A stretch of DNA of 63,015 nt, filler included, from Octopus bimaculoides (lineage: Eukaryota), in the NCBI RefSeq assembly GCF_001194135.2. It is 6 parts of 5 records of this genome, joined end to end, with 100 filler letters (N's around TTAATTAATTAA, not from the genome) between each part and the next. Parts side by side here need not be neighbours in the genome. Positions count along the whole stretch, not along the records: positions 29,254 to 46,084 come from NC_068981.1; positions 46,185 to 48,341 come from NW_026399957.1; positions 48,442 to 56,166 come from NC_068983.1; 3 more parts are not named here. One strand, given 5' to 3'. A model generated the notes under the pieces. The model did no database searches. It was not told where the DNA came from and worked only from the letters and a program-made list of their open reading frames with translations. This document shows positions 42,637-55,952 of the stretch, one piece after another; the stretch's first letter is position 1; each line of letters opens with the position of its first letter. Made by a program: the position numbers and the translations under genes.

Positions 42637-43755
42637 TCTCTTTCTTTCCTTTCCCGAGCGTCCAGTAACACAATCTGTATCATGTCCTCACGTTGTTGTT
42701 TTTTGTTTTTTTCCTNNNNNNNNNNNNNNNNNNNNNNNNNNNNNNNNNNNNNNNNNNNNNNNNNNNNNNNNNNNNNNNNNNNNNNNNNNNNNNNNNNNNN
42801 NNNNNNNNNNNNNNNNNNNNNNNNNNNNNNNNNNNNNNNNNNNNNNNNNNNNNNNNNNNNNNNNNNNNNNNNNNNNNNNNNNNNNNNNNNNNNNNNNNNN
42901 NNNNNNNNNNNNNNNNNNNNNNNNNNNNNNNNNNNNNNNNNNNNNNNNNNNNNNNNNNNNNNNNNNNNNNNNNNNNNNNNNNNNNNNNNNNNNNNNNNNN
43001 NNNNNNNNNNNNNNNNNNNNNNNNNNNNNNNNNNNNNNNNNNNNNNNNNNNNNNNNNNNNNNNNNNNNNNNNNNNNNNNNNNNNNNNNNNNNNNNNNNNN
43101 NNNNNNNNNNNNNNNNNNNNNNNNNNNNNNNNNNNNNNNNNNNNNNNNNNNNNNNNNNNNNNNNNNNNNNNNNNNNNNNNNNNNNNNNNNNNNNNNNNNN
43201 NNNNNNNNNNNNNNNNNNNNNNNNNNNNNNNNNNNNNNNNNNNNNNNNNNNNNNNNNNNNNNNNNNNNNNNNNNNNNNNNNNNNNNNNNNNNNNNNNNNN
43301 NNNNNNNNNNNNNNNNNNNNNNNNNNNNNNNNNNNNNNNNNNNNNNNNNNNNNNNNNNNNNNNNNNNNNNNNNNNNNNNNNNNNNNNNNNNNNNNNNNNN
43401 NNNNNNNNNNNNNNNNNNNNNNNNNNNNNNNNNNNNNNNNNNNNNNNNNNNNNNNNNNNNNNNNNNNNNNNNNNNNNNNNNNNNNNNNNNNNNNNNNNNN
43501 NNNNNNNNNNNNNNNNNNNNNNNNNNNNNNNNNNNNNNNNNNNNNNNNNNNNNNNNNNNNNNNNNNNNNNNNNNNNNNNNNNNNNNNNNNNNNNNNNNNN
43601 NNNNNNNNNNNNNNNNNNNNNNNNNNNNNNNNNNNNNNNNNNNNNNNNNNNNNNNNNNNNNNNNNNNNNNNNNNNNNNNNNNNNNNNNNNNNNNNNNNNN
43701 NNNNNNNNGTTGACGCTCGGAAAAAAAGGAAAAGACTTTTACGTTTATATATATA

Positions 43756-44870
<1,115 letters not shown>

Positions 44871-45334
44871 TAGATAAAACCACAAGAACCATTTTAACTA
44901 ATGCTAGATTATAACAAAATACATTGATATTTAACCAATATAAGAAACTAATTTATATTTCAGAGGATGGTGATGAGAAAGAAGTGTGACGTTAATTCAT
45001 TTATTTTTTGCCAGGGGAATTAGTAGTATGAGTGACAATAAAATAGATTCAGGCAGAGGTTGAAACCGCTTTGTATTTTCGTATTTGACGGCCAGTTACT
45101 TATCTTGTGGTGTCTATAGCACTCGCTTACTCTATGATTATATGTTAAAGTTTCCTCCTCCTATATTTCACCTTACGAATCGTACTGTATGTTAGGTGTG
45201 TGTGCGCTCGAGCTAGATAACAATTTATTCCGTCTTCTAGCATATAAGCTTATCTTTCTTTCAAGAACACAAAAATAAAAGCAAAACAATACACGCAAAC
45301 ACACACACACATATGAATACATATATACATACAT

Positions 45335-45379
<45 letters not shown>

Positions 45380-46249
45380 ACACATAAATGTGTGCGCATG
45401 AGTGTTTCTGTATGCGTATATATGTGGGTGTGTGTGCATTTGTGTGTATGTATATGTGTATGTATGTATACCTACACACAAGTATATACATACAGACAAG
45501 CGAAGAAGGGGAAAGCTATACAGTACACAGAGAAACCTAAAATGTTGTCTGCTCAAGATGTAATTGTAATGGTCGGAATATAAATACTAGACATATATTA
45601 CCATCGTTCTGCATTGTTATGCAAGTAAAGGATATACGGACCATTACACTTGCAATAATTACTCCTCCGGAGATTCTGGGAATAGCAATGAAGACTTCAG
45701 ATATTTTCTTACATGCAGACTATTTGTTGTCAGCCAGCGAAACGATTAAAATGTTTTCCCCCCCTTATATCCTTCTTGATGCATAACGAATTGGATCGAC
45801 GTATTTCTTACGCATGCTTCCTGAGAACTGACCAGTGGGATATCGTATTTATTGTATTTAGAAATAAACTGAGCTGTTAGCTATAATTAATGGTTTCTGT
45901 TCGTTGTTGCCCTGCATGAACCTATTCAGATTAGTATAAATACGGCTGACATGACCGAACCCGATGTATGAAAACCAATAAATGAAGTGATTTCGTACGT
46001 AAGAAGATTTTTTTATGTATGTGTATGTAAGCGCGTGTATGTATGTATGTATGCTCATATGTGTATATATATATATATATATATNNNNNNNNNNNNNNNN
46101 NNNNNNNNNNNNNNNNNNNNNNNNNNNNTTAATTAATTAANNNNNNNNNNNNNNNNNNNNNNNNNNNNNNNNNNNNNNNNNNNNGGAGTATTATACGATA
46201 CATAAATATATACATACATACATACATACATGCACACATATTCTAAAAG

Positions 46250-46871
46250 AATATAGGTTGGATTTTGGTTAGGATAAATGTTGCTATATTTTTGTGAAAA
46301 GAAGGAAACCTGTAAAACAGATTAACAAAATCTCTATCAATGATTTAAATGTTTCTCCTGTATCTGACGAGGCATGTTACAGGTATCTAGGAGTAGGTGA
46401 AAGCATATCTTACGATGGCACCTATAACAAGACACGTATCACTAAAGTATATTACAAACGAATAAGGAAAATATGAACCTAGAACTCTCTGCATTCAATA
46501 AAACTGGCCCACAATGTGTTTGCAGTGCCACTACTCATACCAACATTTGGGCTATTTCATTCGACACTTGATGAGAGCCGAGCCATTGACGACAAAGGCC
46601 GGAAGATACTGGCCAGCACACATAATTTCCACATCAACAGTGACGTAGCACGTCTCTACCTAAAGCGAAAACAAGGGGGCAGAGGCCTAACATCAATTCA
46701 GACTGCCTTTGAATGTCATAACGTACCCGTTCGACAACATCTTTTAACAATGAAGTTCGAAGCACATCCTTTGAACAAGGTTGCATACTTGAGGTTGATA
46801 ACATCATGAGACTTGGAAAGCAACTCTTCAGCAGCATTCCTTGTCTGATAATCTTAAATACATTCCCAAAG
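46250..46871 (+). mobile_element. R4/Dong-type LINE fragment (post-RT region)
   Basis: GLDFG*DKC, YRYLGV, AVPLLIPTFG and SDVARLYLKRKQGGRGLTSI. Confidence 0.8.
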
Positions 46872-47769
46872 NNNNNNNNNNNNNNNNNNNNNNNNNNNNN
46901 NNNNNNNNNNNNNNNNNNNNNNNNNNNNNNNNNNNNNNNNNNNNNNNNNNNNNNNNNNNNNNNNNNNNNNNNNNNNNNNNNNNNNNNNNNNNNNNNNNNN
47001 NNNNNNNNNNNNNNNNNNNNNNNNNNNNNNNNNNNNNNNNNNNNNNNNNNNNNNNNNNNNNNNNNNNNNNNNNNNNNNNNNNNNNNNNNNNNNNNNNNNN
47101 NNNNNNNNNNNNNNNNNNNNNNNNNNNNNNNNNNNNNNNNNNNNNNNNNNNNNNNNNNNNNNNNNNNNNNNNNNNNNNNNNNNNNNNNNNNNNNNNNNNN
47201 NNNNNNNNNNNNNNNNNNNNNNNNNNNNNNNNNNNNNNNNNNNNNNNNNNNNNNNNNNNNNNNNNNNNNNNNNNNNNNNNNNNNNNNNNNNNNNNNNNNN
47301 NNNNNNNNNNNNNNNNNNNNNNNNNNNNNNNNNNNNNNNNNNNNNNNNNNNNNNNNNNNNNNNNNNNNNNNNNNNNNNNNNNNNNNNNNNNNNNNNNNNN
47401 NNNNNNNNNNNNNNNNNNNNNNNNNNNNNNNNNNNNNNNNNNNNNNNNNNNNNNNNNNNNNNNNNNNNNNNNNNNNNNNNNNNNNNNNNNNNNNNNNNNN
47501 NNNNNNNNNNNNNNNNNNNNNNNNNNNNNNNNNNNNNNNNNNNNNNNNNNNNNNNNNNNNNNNNNCTTTATTGGCAAGAGATCTTGAAATATAACTGAAT
47601 AACGACATCAGTATGTGCATACATACATACATACATACATACATACATGCATATATACATACATGCATGCATGCATACATACATACATGCATGCATGCAT
47701 ACATGCATACATACATACATGCATACATACATACATACATACATACATACATACATACATACATACATA

Positions 47770-48340
47770 ATGAAGGCACTGTGTATAAAGATAGAATGAC
47801 CCAAGAATATTACACCAGACTTAGGAAAATATAGTAGTCGGAACTCTTTCTTACAACAACAATATCCCACAATACATTTGCAATATCAGTGCTGATCCCA
47901 ACATTTGGGATACTTGATTGGTCTTTAGAGGAAATCCAGTCCCTAGATATCAAAACCCTCAAAATCCTGACAACAACTGGGAATTTCTACAGAAGCAGTG
48001 ATGTTGACAGTCTCTACCTAAGACAAAATGAAGGTGGTAGAGGCCTGAGATTAGTGCACAGACGGCCTTCGAATGCTGTATGTTATCACTCAGGCAGCAC
48101 CTGCTAAACAACAGCAGCAAAAATAAATATGCTAATGCAGTCCTAAAAAGGGAAGTGAGTTCAAGAAACACTCTCTTCCTGGTGATCTCCTATACAGCCC
48201 CAAAACAGCTGGGCTCTCCTACCTCAGAGGAGACCTGGATGGAAATCACTCAACATACAAAAACAAAAATGACCATGCATGAGTATGTCGCCCAGAAGCT
48301 TGAAGAAGACAGTAGAATTGACACGAAGCGCAGCCTCTCT
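47770..48340 (+). mobile_element. Second R4/Dong-type LINE fragment (same region, diverged)
   Basis: YYTRLRKI, VLIPTFGILDWSLEEIQSLDIK and SDVDSLYLRQNEGGRGL. Confidence 0.8.
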
Positions 48341-48879
48341 TNNNNNNNNNNNNNNNNNNNNNNNNNNNNNNNNNNNNNNNNNNNNTTAATTAATTAANNN
48401 NNNNNNNNNNNNNNNNNNNNNNNNNNNNNNNNNNNNNNNNNATGTATGTATACGCATATATCTCTATATATATGTGCATGCCTCTGTGTTTATATATGTA
48501 TCTCTGTGCATATGTTTGTGCCTCTGTGTCAATGTATGTTTATATGTATGCATGTATGTTTGTATATTTGTTTGCGTGCATGTATGTATGTATGTATGTA
48601 TGTATGTATACGCATATATCTCTATATATATGTGCATGCCTCTGTGTTTAGATATGTATCTCTGTGCATATGTTTGTGCCTCTGTGTCCATGTATGTTTA
48701 TATGTATGCATGTATGTTTGTATGTTTGTTTGCGTGCATGTATATATACGTACGTATGTATACACACATGGAGACACAAGGAGACACGGCTTAAGGGTGG
48801 TCGGGAAGAAGAAGAAGAAGAAGAAGAAGAAGAAGAAGAAGAAGAAGAAGAAGAAGAAGAAGAAGAAGAAGAAGAAGAA

Positions 48880-49193
48880 GAAGAGCTATGGAGCTTCGTC
48901 CGTTGCTCTTGTCTCAACGTACGCCCGTTTTGCCGAAGAGCTACGGAGCTTCGTCCGTCGCTCTTGTCTCAACGTACGCCCGTTTTGCCGAAGAGATACG
49001 GAGCTTCGTCCGTTGCTCTTGTCTCAACGTACGCCCGTTTTGCCGAAGAGCTACGGAGCTTCGTCTGTTGCTCTTGTCTCAACGTACGCCCGTTTTGCCG
49101 AAGAGCTACGGAGCTTCGTCCGTTGCTCTTGTTTCAACGTACGCCCGTTTTGCCGAAGAGCGTCCGTAGCTTTTGACTGAACGTACGCCCGTT
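48880..49193 (+). repeat. 55-bp tandem array (5 full units plus a diverged partial unit) preceded by (GAA)n
   Basis: Unit gaagagctacggagcttcgtccgttgctcttgtctcaacgtacgcccgttttgcc starts at 48880, 48935, 48990, 49045 and 49100. Confidence 0.95.
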
Positions 49194-49199
49194 CGATCT

Positions 49200-49870
49200 A
49201 AAAGAAGTCATAGTACCTAACATCTACGAAGAAAAAGAAGAAACAACAAAAGCTGTAAAACAACTGAAATCTAAACTAAAACTGGCAGAACAGCGGATCA
49301 TGATAAAACGATGGCAAGAAAAGCCCCTACACAGTAAATACTAGGTTAAATTAAATAGAAAAGAAGTATACAAAGCAAAATCCCAATAATGGCTGAGAAG
49401 CTCAGGACTCAAAGCAGAGACTGAAGGATTTTTAATTGCTGCACAAGACCAAAGCCTCTCCACCAGAAATTACCAAAAACATACAATGAAAAGTAACATA
49501 AACAGTAAATGCAAAATATGTGGAGATGGACAAGAAACAATAAATCATATTATCTCTGGCTGCCCAGTCCTGGCTAAGAAGGAATATATTCACAGACACG
49601 ACAGAGCTGGGACCTATATACACTGGAAGCTATGCCAACACTATGGAATAACAACAGAAAAAATACGGTACAGGTGCACACCAGAAAAGGTCACAGAAAA
49701 TGAGAAAGCACCCATACTATGGGATATGTCAATACACACAGATAGAAAAATTAAGGCCAATATGCCGAATATAGTTGTCAGAGATCATTAATAAATGCTT
49801 TCTAATCGACGTATCAATACCAACAGTGACGATGTTTCTCCAAAAGAAATGGGGAAACTCTCAAAATACC
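49200..49870 (+). mobile_element. R4/Dong-type LINE fragment (CCHC and start of REL)
   Basis: WLRSSGLKAETEGFLIAAQDQSL, CKICGDGQETINHIISGC, RHDRAG and LWDMSIHTDRKIKANMPNIVV. Confidence 0.88.
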
Positions 49871-49936
49871 ATCTCTTCAGTTATCCGGCCATTGAAAATT
49901 CATTGAAAATTCAATGGCCGGATAACTGAAGAGATG
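49870..49936. repeat. Perfect 27-bp inverted repeat with a 13-nt spacer
   Basis: catctcttcagttatccggccattgaa / ttcaatggccggataactgaagagatg. Confidence 0.95.
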
Positions 49937-49979
49937 TTGGCGTGGGTTCCCACCCCGGCATCCGAAACTCGGAGTTTTA
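49923..49979 (+). ncRNA. Type-I hammerhead ribozyme motif with extended stem II
   Basis: UAA-CUGAAGA-GAUGUUGG(c-GUGGG-uu-CCCAC-c)CCGGCAUC-c-GAAA-CUC-G-GAG-UU-UUA. The core is canonical, one C is unpaired before GAAA, stem III is near-palindromic, and stem I is 3 bp. Confidence 0.7.
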
Positions 49980-50033
49980 CCATGTCTACCGAATAAGTGT
50001 CACATATTTTTACATACATACATACATACATAG

Positions 50034-50069
<36 letters not shown>

Positions 50070-50145
50070 GACCTAGCAAGAAACTCTGAGTAGCGACAGA
50101 GTAAATGATCAGCTTCGAAACAATAGACTCTACCACTTGTATTGA

Positions 50146-50214
<69 letters not shown>

Positions 50215-50240
50215 CATGTACATCCAAACGTGTACGTTCG

Positions 50241-50274
<34 letters not shown>

Positions 50275-50889
50275 TGTATGTATGTATGTATGTATGTATA
50301 CGCATATATCTCTATATATATGTGCATGCCTCTGTGTTTATATATGTATCTCTGTGCATATGTTTGTGCCTCTGTGTCCATGTATGTTTATATGTATGCA
50401 TGTATGTTTGTATGTTTGTTTGCGTGCATGTATATATACGTACGTATGTATACACACATGTATATACACATATGCATACGTCTGGATGTATGTAGGTAAC
50501 CAGGTGAGTGAGCACGACTGTGTGCATATGTGTTAGTATGTATGCGAGATAGAGAGTGGCAGAGAGAGAATAACAAGAGAGAGAGAAAGTGAGAGAAGTG
50601 AGAGAAACCGGCTATCATGATCGAACGAAGCAACCACTTCAGGTTGTTTGTGACATATTTATTATTGAACTAATCAGTCACAGGTAATTGAATCTAGTGG
50701 AATGATAAATGACAAAATGGTTCTCCAACCAAATTACTGGCGCCCGTTTCTTATAATCACACTCTCCGGTTCAAGTAGCGAATTTTTACTTCGTAATAGG
50801 ACGTACATGATTGAGTGCTGTAGGCTAACTGACTTGTTATTGTTGGTGGTGGTTGTGAAACCAAGATGTCTTAGCTGTGAATAGAGTAA

Positions 50890-51095
50890 ATTGTTGGCAG
50901 AGTCGTTAGCACGCCGGACAAAAATGCTTAGCGGTAATTTCTGGTTCTTTGCGTTCTGAGTTCAAATACTGCAGAAGTCAACTTCGTTTTTGATCTTAAC
51001 AGGGTCGATTAAAATAAAGTACAAATGAAGTATCGGGGTTTATGTAATCAACATACCTGCTTCCTTAATACTGTTGACCTTGTGCCAAAAATTGA
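50890..51095 (+). mobile_element. SINE family A
   Basis: ttggcagagtcgttagcacgccggacaaaaatgcttagcgg...ctgagttcaaatac...ccttgtgccaaaa. Confidence 0.85.
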
Positions 51096-51114
51096 AATTA
51101 TTATTATTATTATT

Positions 51115-51284
51115 GAGTGAGACAGCAGTGCATGCCATCAAAGTGACTCTGAGGTAAAATATACGAAGCCTTAGTGGCTGACGAACATGTCCCTTAGTGG
51201 CTCTGATCACAAGCAGAAGTAGTGGAGGAGCATCATAGCCATGTGTTGAGAGGAATTCTTTGGGATTTGGATGATTCACCTTTG
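51115..51284. mobile_element. Rearranged copy of the ~555-bp element (3' end on minus joined to an inverted internal piece)
   Basis: 51115-51170 matches the reverse complement of 21444-21499. 51170-51284 matches 21117-21225 on plus. Confidence 0.75.
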
Positions 51285-51287
51285 TAT

Positions 51288-51361
<74 letters not shown>

Positions 51362-51364
51362 GAT

Positions 51365-51490
51365 GAACTTCTTTCAGTTTCTGTCTACCAAATCCGCTCA
51401 CAAGGCTTTGGTCAACCTGAGGCAAGTAGAAGATACTTGCCCAAGGTGCCACGCAGTGGGACTGAACCCGGAACCATGTGGTTGGGAAAT
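51365..51490 (-). mobile_element. SINE family B, 5' half
   Basis: tttcagtttctgtctaccaaatccgctcacaaggctttggtc...gtgggactgaacccggaaccatgtggttggg. Confidence 0.85.
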
Positions 51491-52134
51491 TTAGTCCGAA
51501 CACATATATAGCATAATATATATATTATATTGTGTGTGTGCGTGTTTTTGTATGTGTGTGTGTGTGGGGGGGGTGATCAAACGAAATAAACCCGCCCTAT
51601 AAGTTGGTAGTGACCAGTGGAACTTCAATCCATTTTACTGAGAGAGCCATGTTATTTCTTAGTCATACGTTAAATCTGCCAGCCAAAAATAGGTGTAAAT
51701 TTATCAAATACAGCACGACATACACAATCACAGAGATGTTATAAATGATTCTATTTCCATCAATAAATCTAAAATAGTTTAACAGTAACCACAAAGTTAT
51801 ATAAATCCTACTTTATCAAGCAGTTGGTTTTAGTCTGGTGTTTTGCTATTAACAACACTGCCATAGATTTCTTTCATTTTCTTTCTTTTATTTTTTTCTT
51901 TTATTTCTTTGCTGGTTGAAATAATAAAGATGGTTGTATTAACACGGACATGCAATTCCTATATATGCATGCCTGTGCGTATGTGTGTATGTGTGTGTGT
52001 GTATACCTATACACATACATACCTATATATATATATATACCCAAATATATATTTACACGTATATGTAAATATGCATATACCTACATATATGTACATCTAA
52101 ATAGATAGGTAGATAGATAGATAGATAGATAGAC

Positions 52135-52185
<51 letters not shown>

Positions 52186-52217
52186 TATGTATATGTCATA
52201 TAATATATGGATGCAAA

Positions 52218-52257
<40 letters not shown>

Positions 52258-52644
52258 TCTGCTACCAATGGAGCCGCAAATGCAAAATATTAGTCTAGAG
52301 CGCACAATGTTCCTGAAGGTCAGCAATGGTCTTCCTCAGTCACGAGTGGACAGCCATCATACACACGCACACGCACACGCACACGCACACACACGCACAC
52401 ACACACACACNNNNNNNNNNNNNNNNNNNNNNNNNNNNNNNNNNNTAAACTATTGTAAATTTCTACTTATAAGTGGATGTTTCGCATTGCGTTTTTTACA
52501 GATGGAACACTGGCCCTGCTGGAGTCATTTCCATACTTAATCATAATATTTTGTAGAAGGGGTTCTGAATGAGAGGGGAAGGTGTGAAAGGACCACCAAA
52601 AATGGCCAAAGCTTTCGGCTATCTCACAAAAACCAATAAAGATA

Positions 52645-53125
52645 CAGTGTTTTAAAATAGAAAAATGTCTATAATGAAAATTTATTACATAATGATCATT
52701 TCAAGAACTTACTGCACATTGTTAATGTTTCGTGTGACTTCCTTTAGCTTGAATAATTGCTTCAATATATCTGGGAAGAGATGCGTACAAATCCTTCACC
52801 ATCTTCACAGGTATGAGATGCCATTCTCTGTGGCTGAGCTCCCACAACTCTTCAAGATTGCGTGGATTCTTCTGACGAACTCTTCTCTTTAGTTCTGTCC
52901 ACATTTGCTTGATGATATTTAAGTCAGGGCTCTGAGCTGACTGATCTTTCAATATGGTAACACCGTCATCAGTCACACTCTCTTGTGTTGCAAGCGATCT
53001 GTGGCATGGAGCTCCGTCATGCTGAAAAATCTCACCTTCATCTAAGTATCAAATTGTCCCTCAGCAACTGGATGTATTTGGCACTATTCAAGTTACCGTT
53101 AATGTTAACCAACTTTCTTTTTTAT
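52645..53125 (-). mobile_element. Tc1-like transposase C-terminal remnant (D-35-E spacing, E mutated to K)
   Basis: GNLNSAKYIQLL, IFQHDGAPCHRS...SAQSPDLNIIKQMW and YASLPRYIEAIIQAKGSHTKH. TA-CAGTG end at 52643-52649. Confidence 0.85.
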
Positions 53126-53224
53126 GTATCCTCAAAGCATCAGACTCTTACCCCTAAACTTCTCTATTTTCGTTGTGTAACGTGGGTAGTTTCGCTTTCC
53201 TGGAGGCCCTCTGACAAATTCTCG

Positions 53225-54200
53225 CTTATTAGAAAATTAGGCCCTAAAATTATTAATCTGTAAAAAAGAAATATAAACAGTGACGAACTTCAAATATCAA
53301 TGAAAGGACTAAAAATTCACAGCTACACCTACGGTCAACCATCAGGAATTGGAGGAAGATATCCAAAACTTTTGTTGGAAACTACGACTTTTAGAGTTTT
53401 TTTTAACTGATAAAAATGATGAAAATGACGAACCCTTGACGAAAAATAAATCAAAATTTAACCCGCCTAAAGGGCGAAATTCACATCTAGATCAGTTCGT
53501 TGATATCCTCTCCAGATTTCCACTGAGGCATAACATCAACTTCAGATCAAACATTTCAAAACTAGAAAAGTCTGCCCTTATACATCTTAAAAATGACAAC
53601 ACAATTGTCATCAAACAAGCGGATAAAGGGGGTGACATTCTTACTATGGATACGAATATTATTGGAATCTAGTTGAAGGATCATTTGAAGGATACAATGT
53701 TCTACCGTGAAATACCCTCAAATATTGACCACCGCATCCATCATGAAGAAACTCAATTATTTAGTCTTAAAACATTATAACTCCCTCAATCCTAATGAAA
53801 GGGAATATATTACCAATTTTGTGTTGAAATCCAGCAGCTTTTATGGCATACCTAAAATACAGAATTCAAAAGAAATGCAAAACGCTATAAAGGAACAAGA
53901 TAATGAATATATAAAACTACTACAACCAAAACACCTTAAACTAAGACGCATTATAGCTGGTCGAGCTTGTCCTACACATCGTCTAAGCAACCTCATTAAC
54001 ATTATCCTAAAACCACTATGTAGTCACATACCCAGTTTCATTCGGGATGCCATCGATTTACTGTCACATCTGCCCAAAACAACAGAATCAAATTCACAGT
54101 TAGTTTTGATGTAAGAAACTTATGTATGAACATTCCACATGATTTGGGAATTACTGCCATAAAATCTTGGGTCGAGAAACATAGAGAAGCCACCTCACCT
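53225..54200 (+). mobile_element. Penelope-like element fragment: N-terminal region and RT motifs 0-3
   Basis: LEKSALIHLKNDNTIVIKQADKGG, FYGIPKI, LRRIIAG..CPTHRLS, SFIRDAIDLL and DVRNL.MNIPHDLG. Confidence 0.88.
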
Positions 54201-54329
54201 CGTTTAGGATCAGCAGTCCTTCTTGTTTGTTTTCGCTGTTCTGTTTTTGTTACCAATTTTGACTCTCCGCAAAATCCCAAATTTTAATTAATTTACTTTG
54301 CGGGAGCAACTGCTTTATCGAAGGCGTAT

Positions 54330-54520
54330 CTTGTCATGAATTGCTCGAAATACGGATTAGAAAACCAGCCGACAACTGATGAAGGGTCGTTCTTTGTGTT
54401 GTTTGTCTTGTTTTCCATTTGTTTCTTTCGTTGTTCACAAAAGAAGTTCATTTCCATGTATTCGTATTTCGTATTTCATGTTTACGCTCTGTGAACGTCC
54501 TGTGCCCACATTTGTATATG
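54330..54520 (+). repeat. Probable PLE terminal-repeat remnant
   Basis: gctcgaaatacggatt...caactgatgaaggg directly follows the PLE fragment and runs into (TA)/(TATG)n. Confidence 0.45.
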
Positions 54521-54746
54521 TATATACATATATATGTATGTATGTATGTATGTATATCTATGTATACACTNNNNNNNNNNNNNNNNNNNNNNNNNNNNNN
54601 NNNNNNNNNNNNNNNNNNNNNNNNNNNNNNNNNNNNNNNNNNNNNNNNNNNNNNNNNNNNNNNNNNNNNNNNNNNNNNNNNNNNNNNNNNNNNNNNNNNN
54701 NNNNNNNNNNNNNNNNNNNNNNNNNNNNNNNNNNNNNNNNNNNNNN

Positions 54747-54789
<43 letters not shown>

Positions 54790-55279
54790 TAGATAGATAG
54801 ATAGATAGATAGAGTGTATATATATAGTGTATATATAAATAGATAGAGTGTGTATATATATAGTGTATATATAGTGTATATATATATGTATATATATGTG
54901 AATGCATAAAATAATATAATGTAAGTGTGTATATATTATGTAATATTTATATATGTATGACATGTGTTTGTACAAATACGCATATGTGTGTCTGTCTGTT
55001 TGTATGTGTCTGTGTCTGTCTGTCCTGTGTGAATGTGTGAGTGGGTATGTGTATCATATAAATTGTGTGTTGTGTCAGCGAGATAAAAGAAAAACGTGCT
55101 AACAAAATTACACACGAATTTTCTTTGAAGCGTTTTAATACGTCCCAAGATTAAAGAGAACATTACGTTTCCGTCGTTATTTGAAAGTTTACTGCGAACA
55201 AGAAATAAATAGGTTTTCATGTTTGCCGTCAAAATATCTAATATTTTTACTTCTTTTATACTTGTTGAAAAACCTTGAC

Positions 55280-55318
<39 letters not shown>

Positions 55319-55328
55319 CATACATACA

Positions 55329-55359
<31 letters not shown>

Positions 55360-55532
55360 GTGTGTTTGTGTGTGTGTGTGTGTGTGTACTTTTATATAGC
55401 CACATATTTATATACAAGTATATGTTTATATTTCTATAGATATACACATAAGCATACATATACACATATCTTTATACATATACTTAAAAACATATGTATA
55501 TATATTTGTATACAAACACACGCACACAAACC

Positions 55533-55574
<42 letters not shown>

Positions 55575-55759
55575 CACACACACATGAAATGATGAGTGGT
55601 TTCCTGTTTTAACAACCACCTTTGCACTGGAAAGTGTCAGCAGAGAGCACAATAAAAGATAAAGATGGGACAATCCGTTAATCTTTGGCGCCTGTGGACT
55701 CCGTTTTCTTTCAGCTTATTTAGAGTAAGCTGGTTTTAAGTATTTAGTTAATATTGCTG

Positions 55760-55952
55760 TGTCCAAAAGTTACCATGTGGTTAGGATGGTTGCTTTGCAA
55801 CTTAATTTCGTGTTCGATTCTTCTTCCTGGCACCTTGGAAAAGTATCTTTTAGCATAAATTGGGTTCGCTTAAACGGAGACTGTGGAAGAAATGTTTCTC
55901 ACGGTGGTGTCCCAGCATGACCGCAGCCGCATGGCTGAAAGGAGTAAAAGAG
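55760..55952 (+). mobile_element. Degenerate SINE family B
   Basis: taccatgtggttaggatgg...ggcaccttggaaaag...ggtgtcccagcatgaccgcag...gagtaaaagag. Confidence 0.7.

Larger units (their letters stand above)
48451..50460 (+). repeat. Three copies of a 162-bp microsatellite-derived unit (48451-~48590, 48609-48770, 50299-50460)
   Basis: Copies 2 and 3 differ at one position. Confidence 0.9.

Noticed and set aside
48880-49193. 55-bp array as a CRISPR array
   Set aside because: Units are contiguous with no unique spacers, there are no cas genes, and the context is eukaryotic.
55590-55673. Signal-peptide-like ORF start (LSHLYLLLCSLLTLSSAK) on the minus strand
   Set aside because: It starts at TTG, there is no upstream in-frame ATG before a stop, the candidate acceptor lacks a pyrimidine tract, and it runs into a microsatellite.
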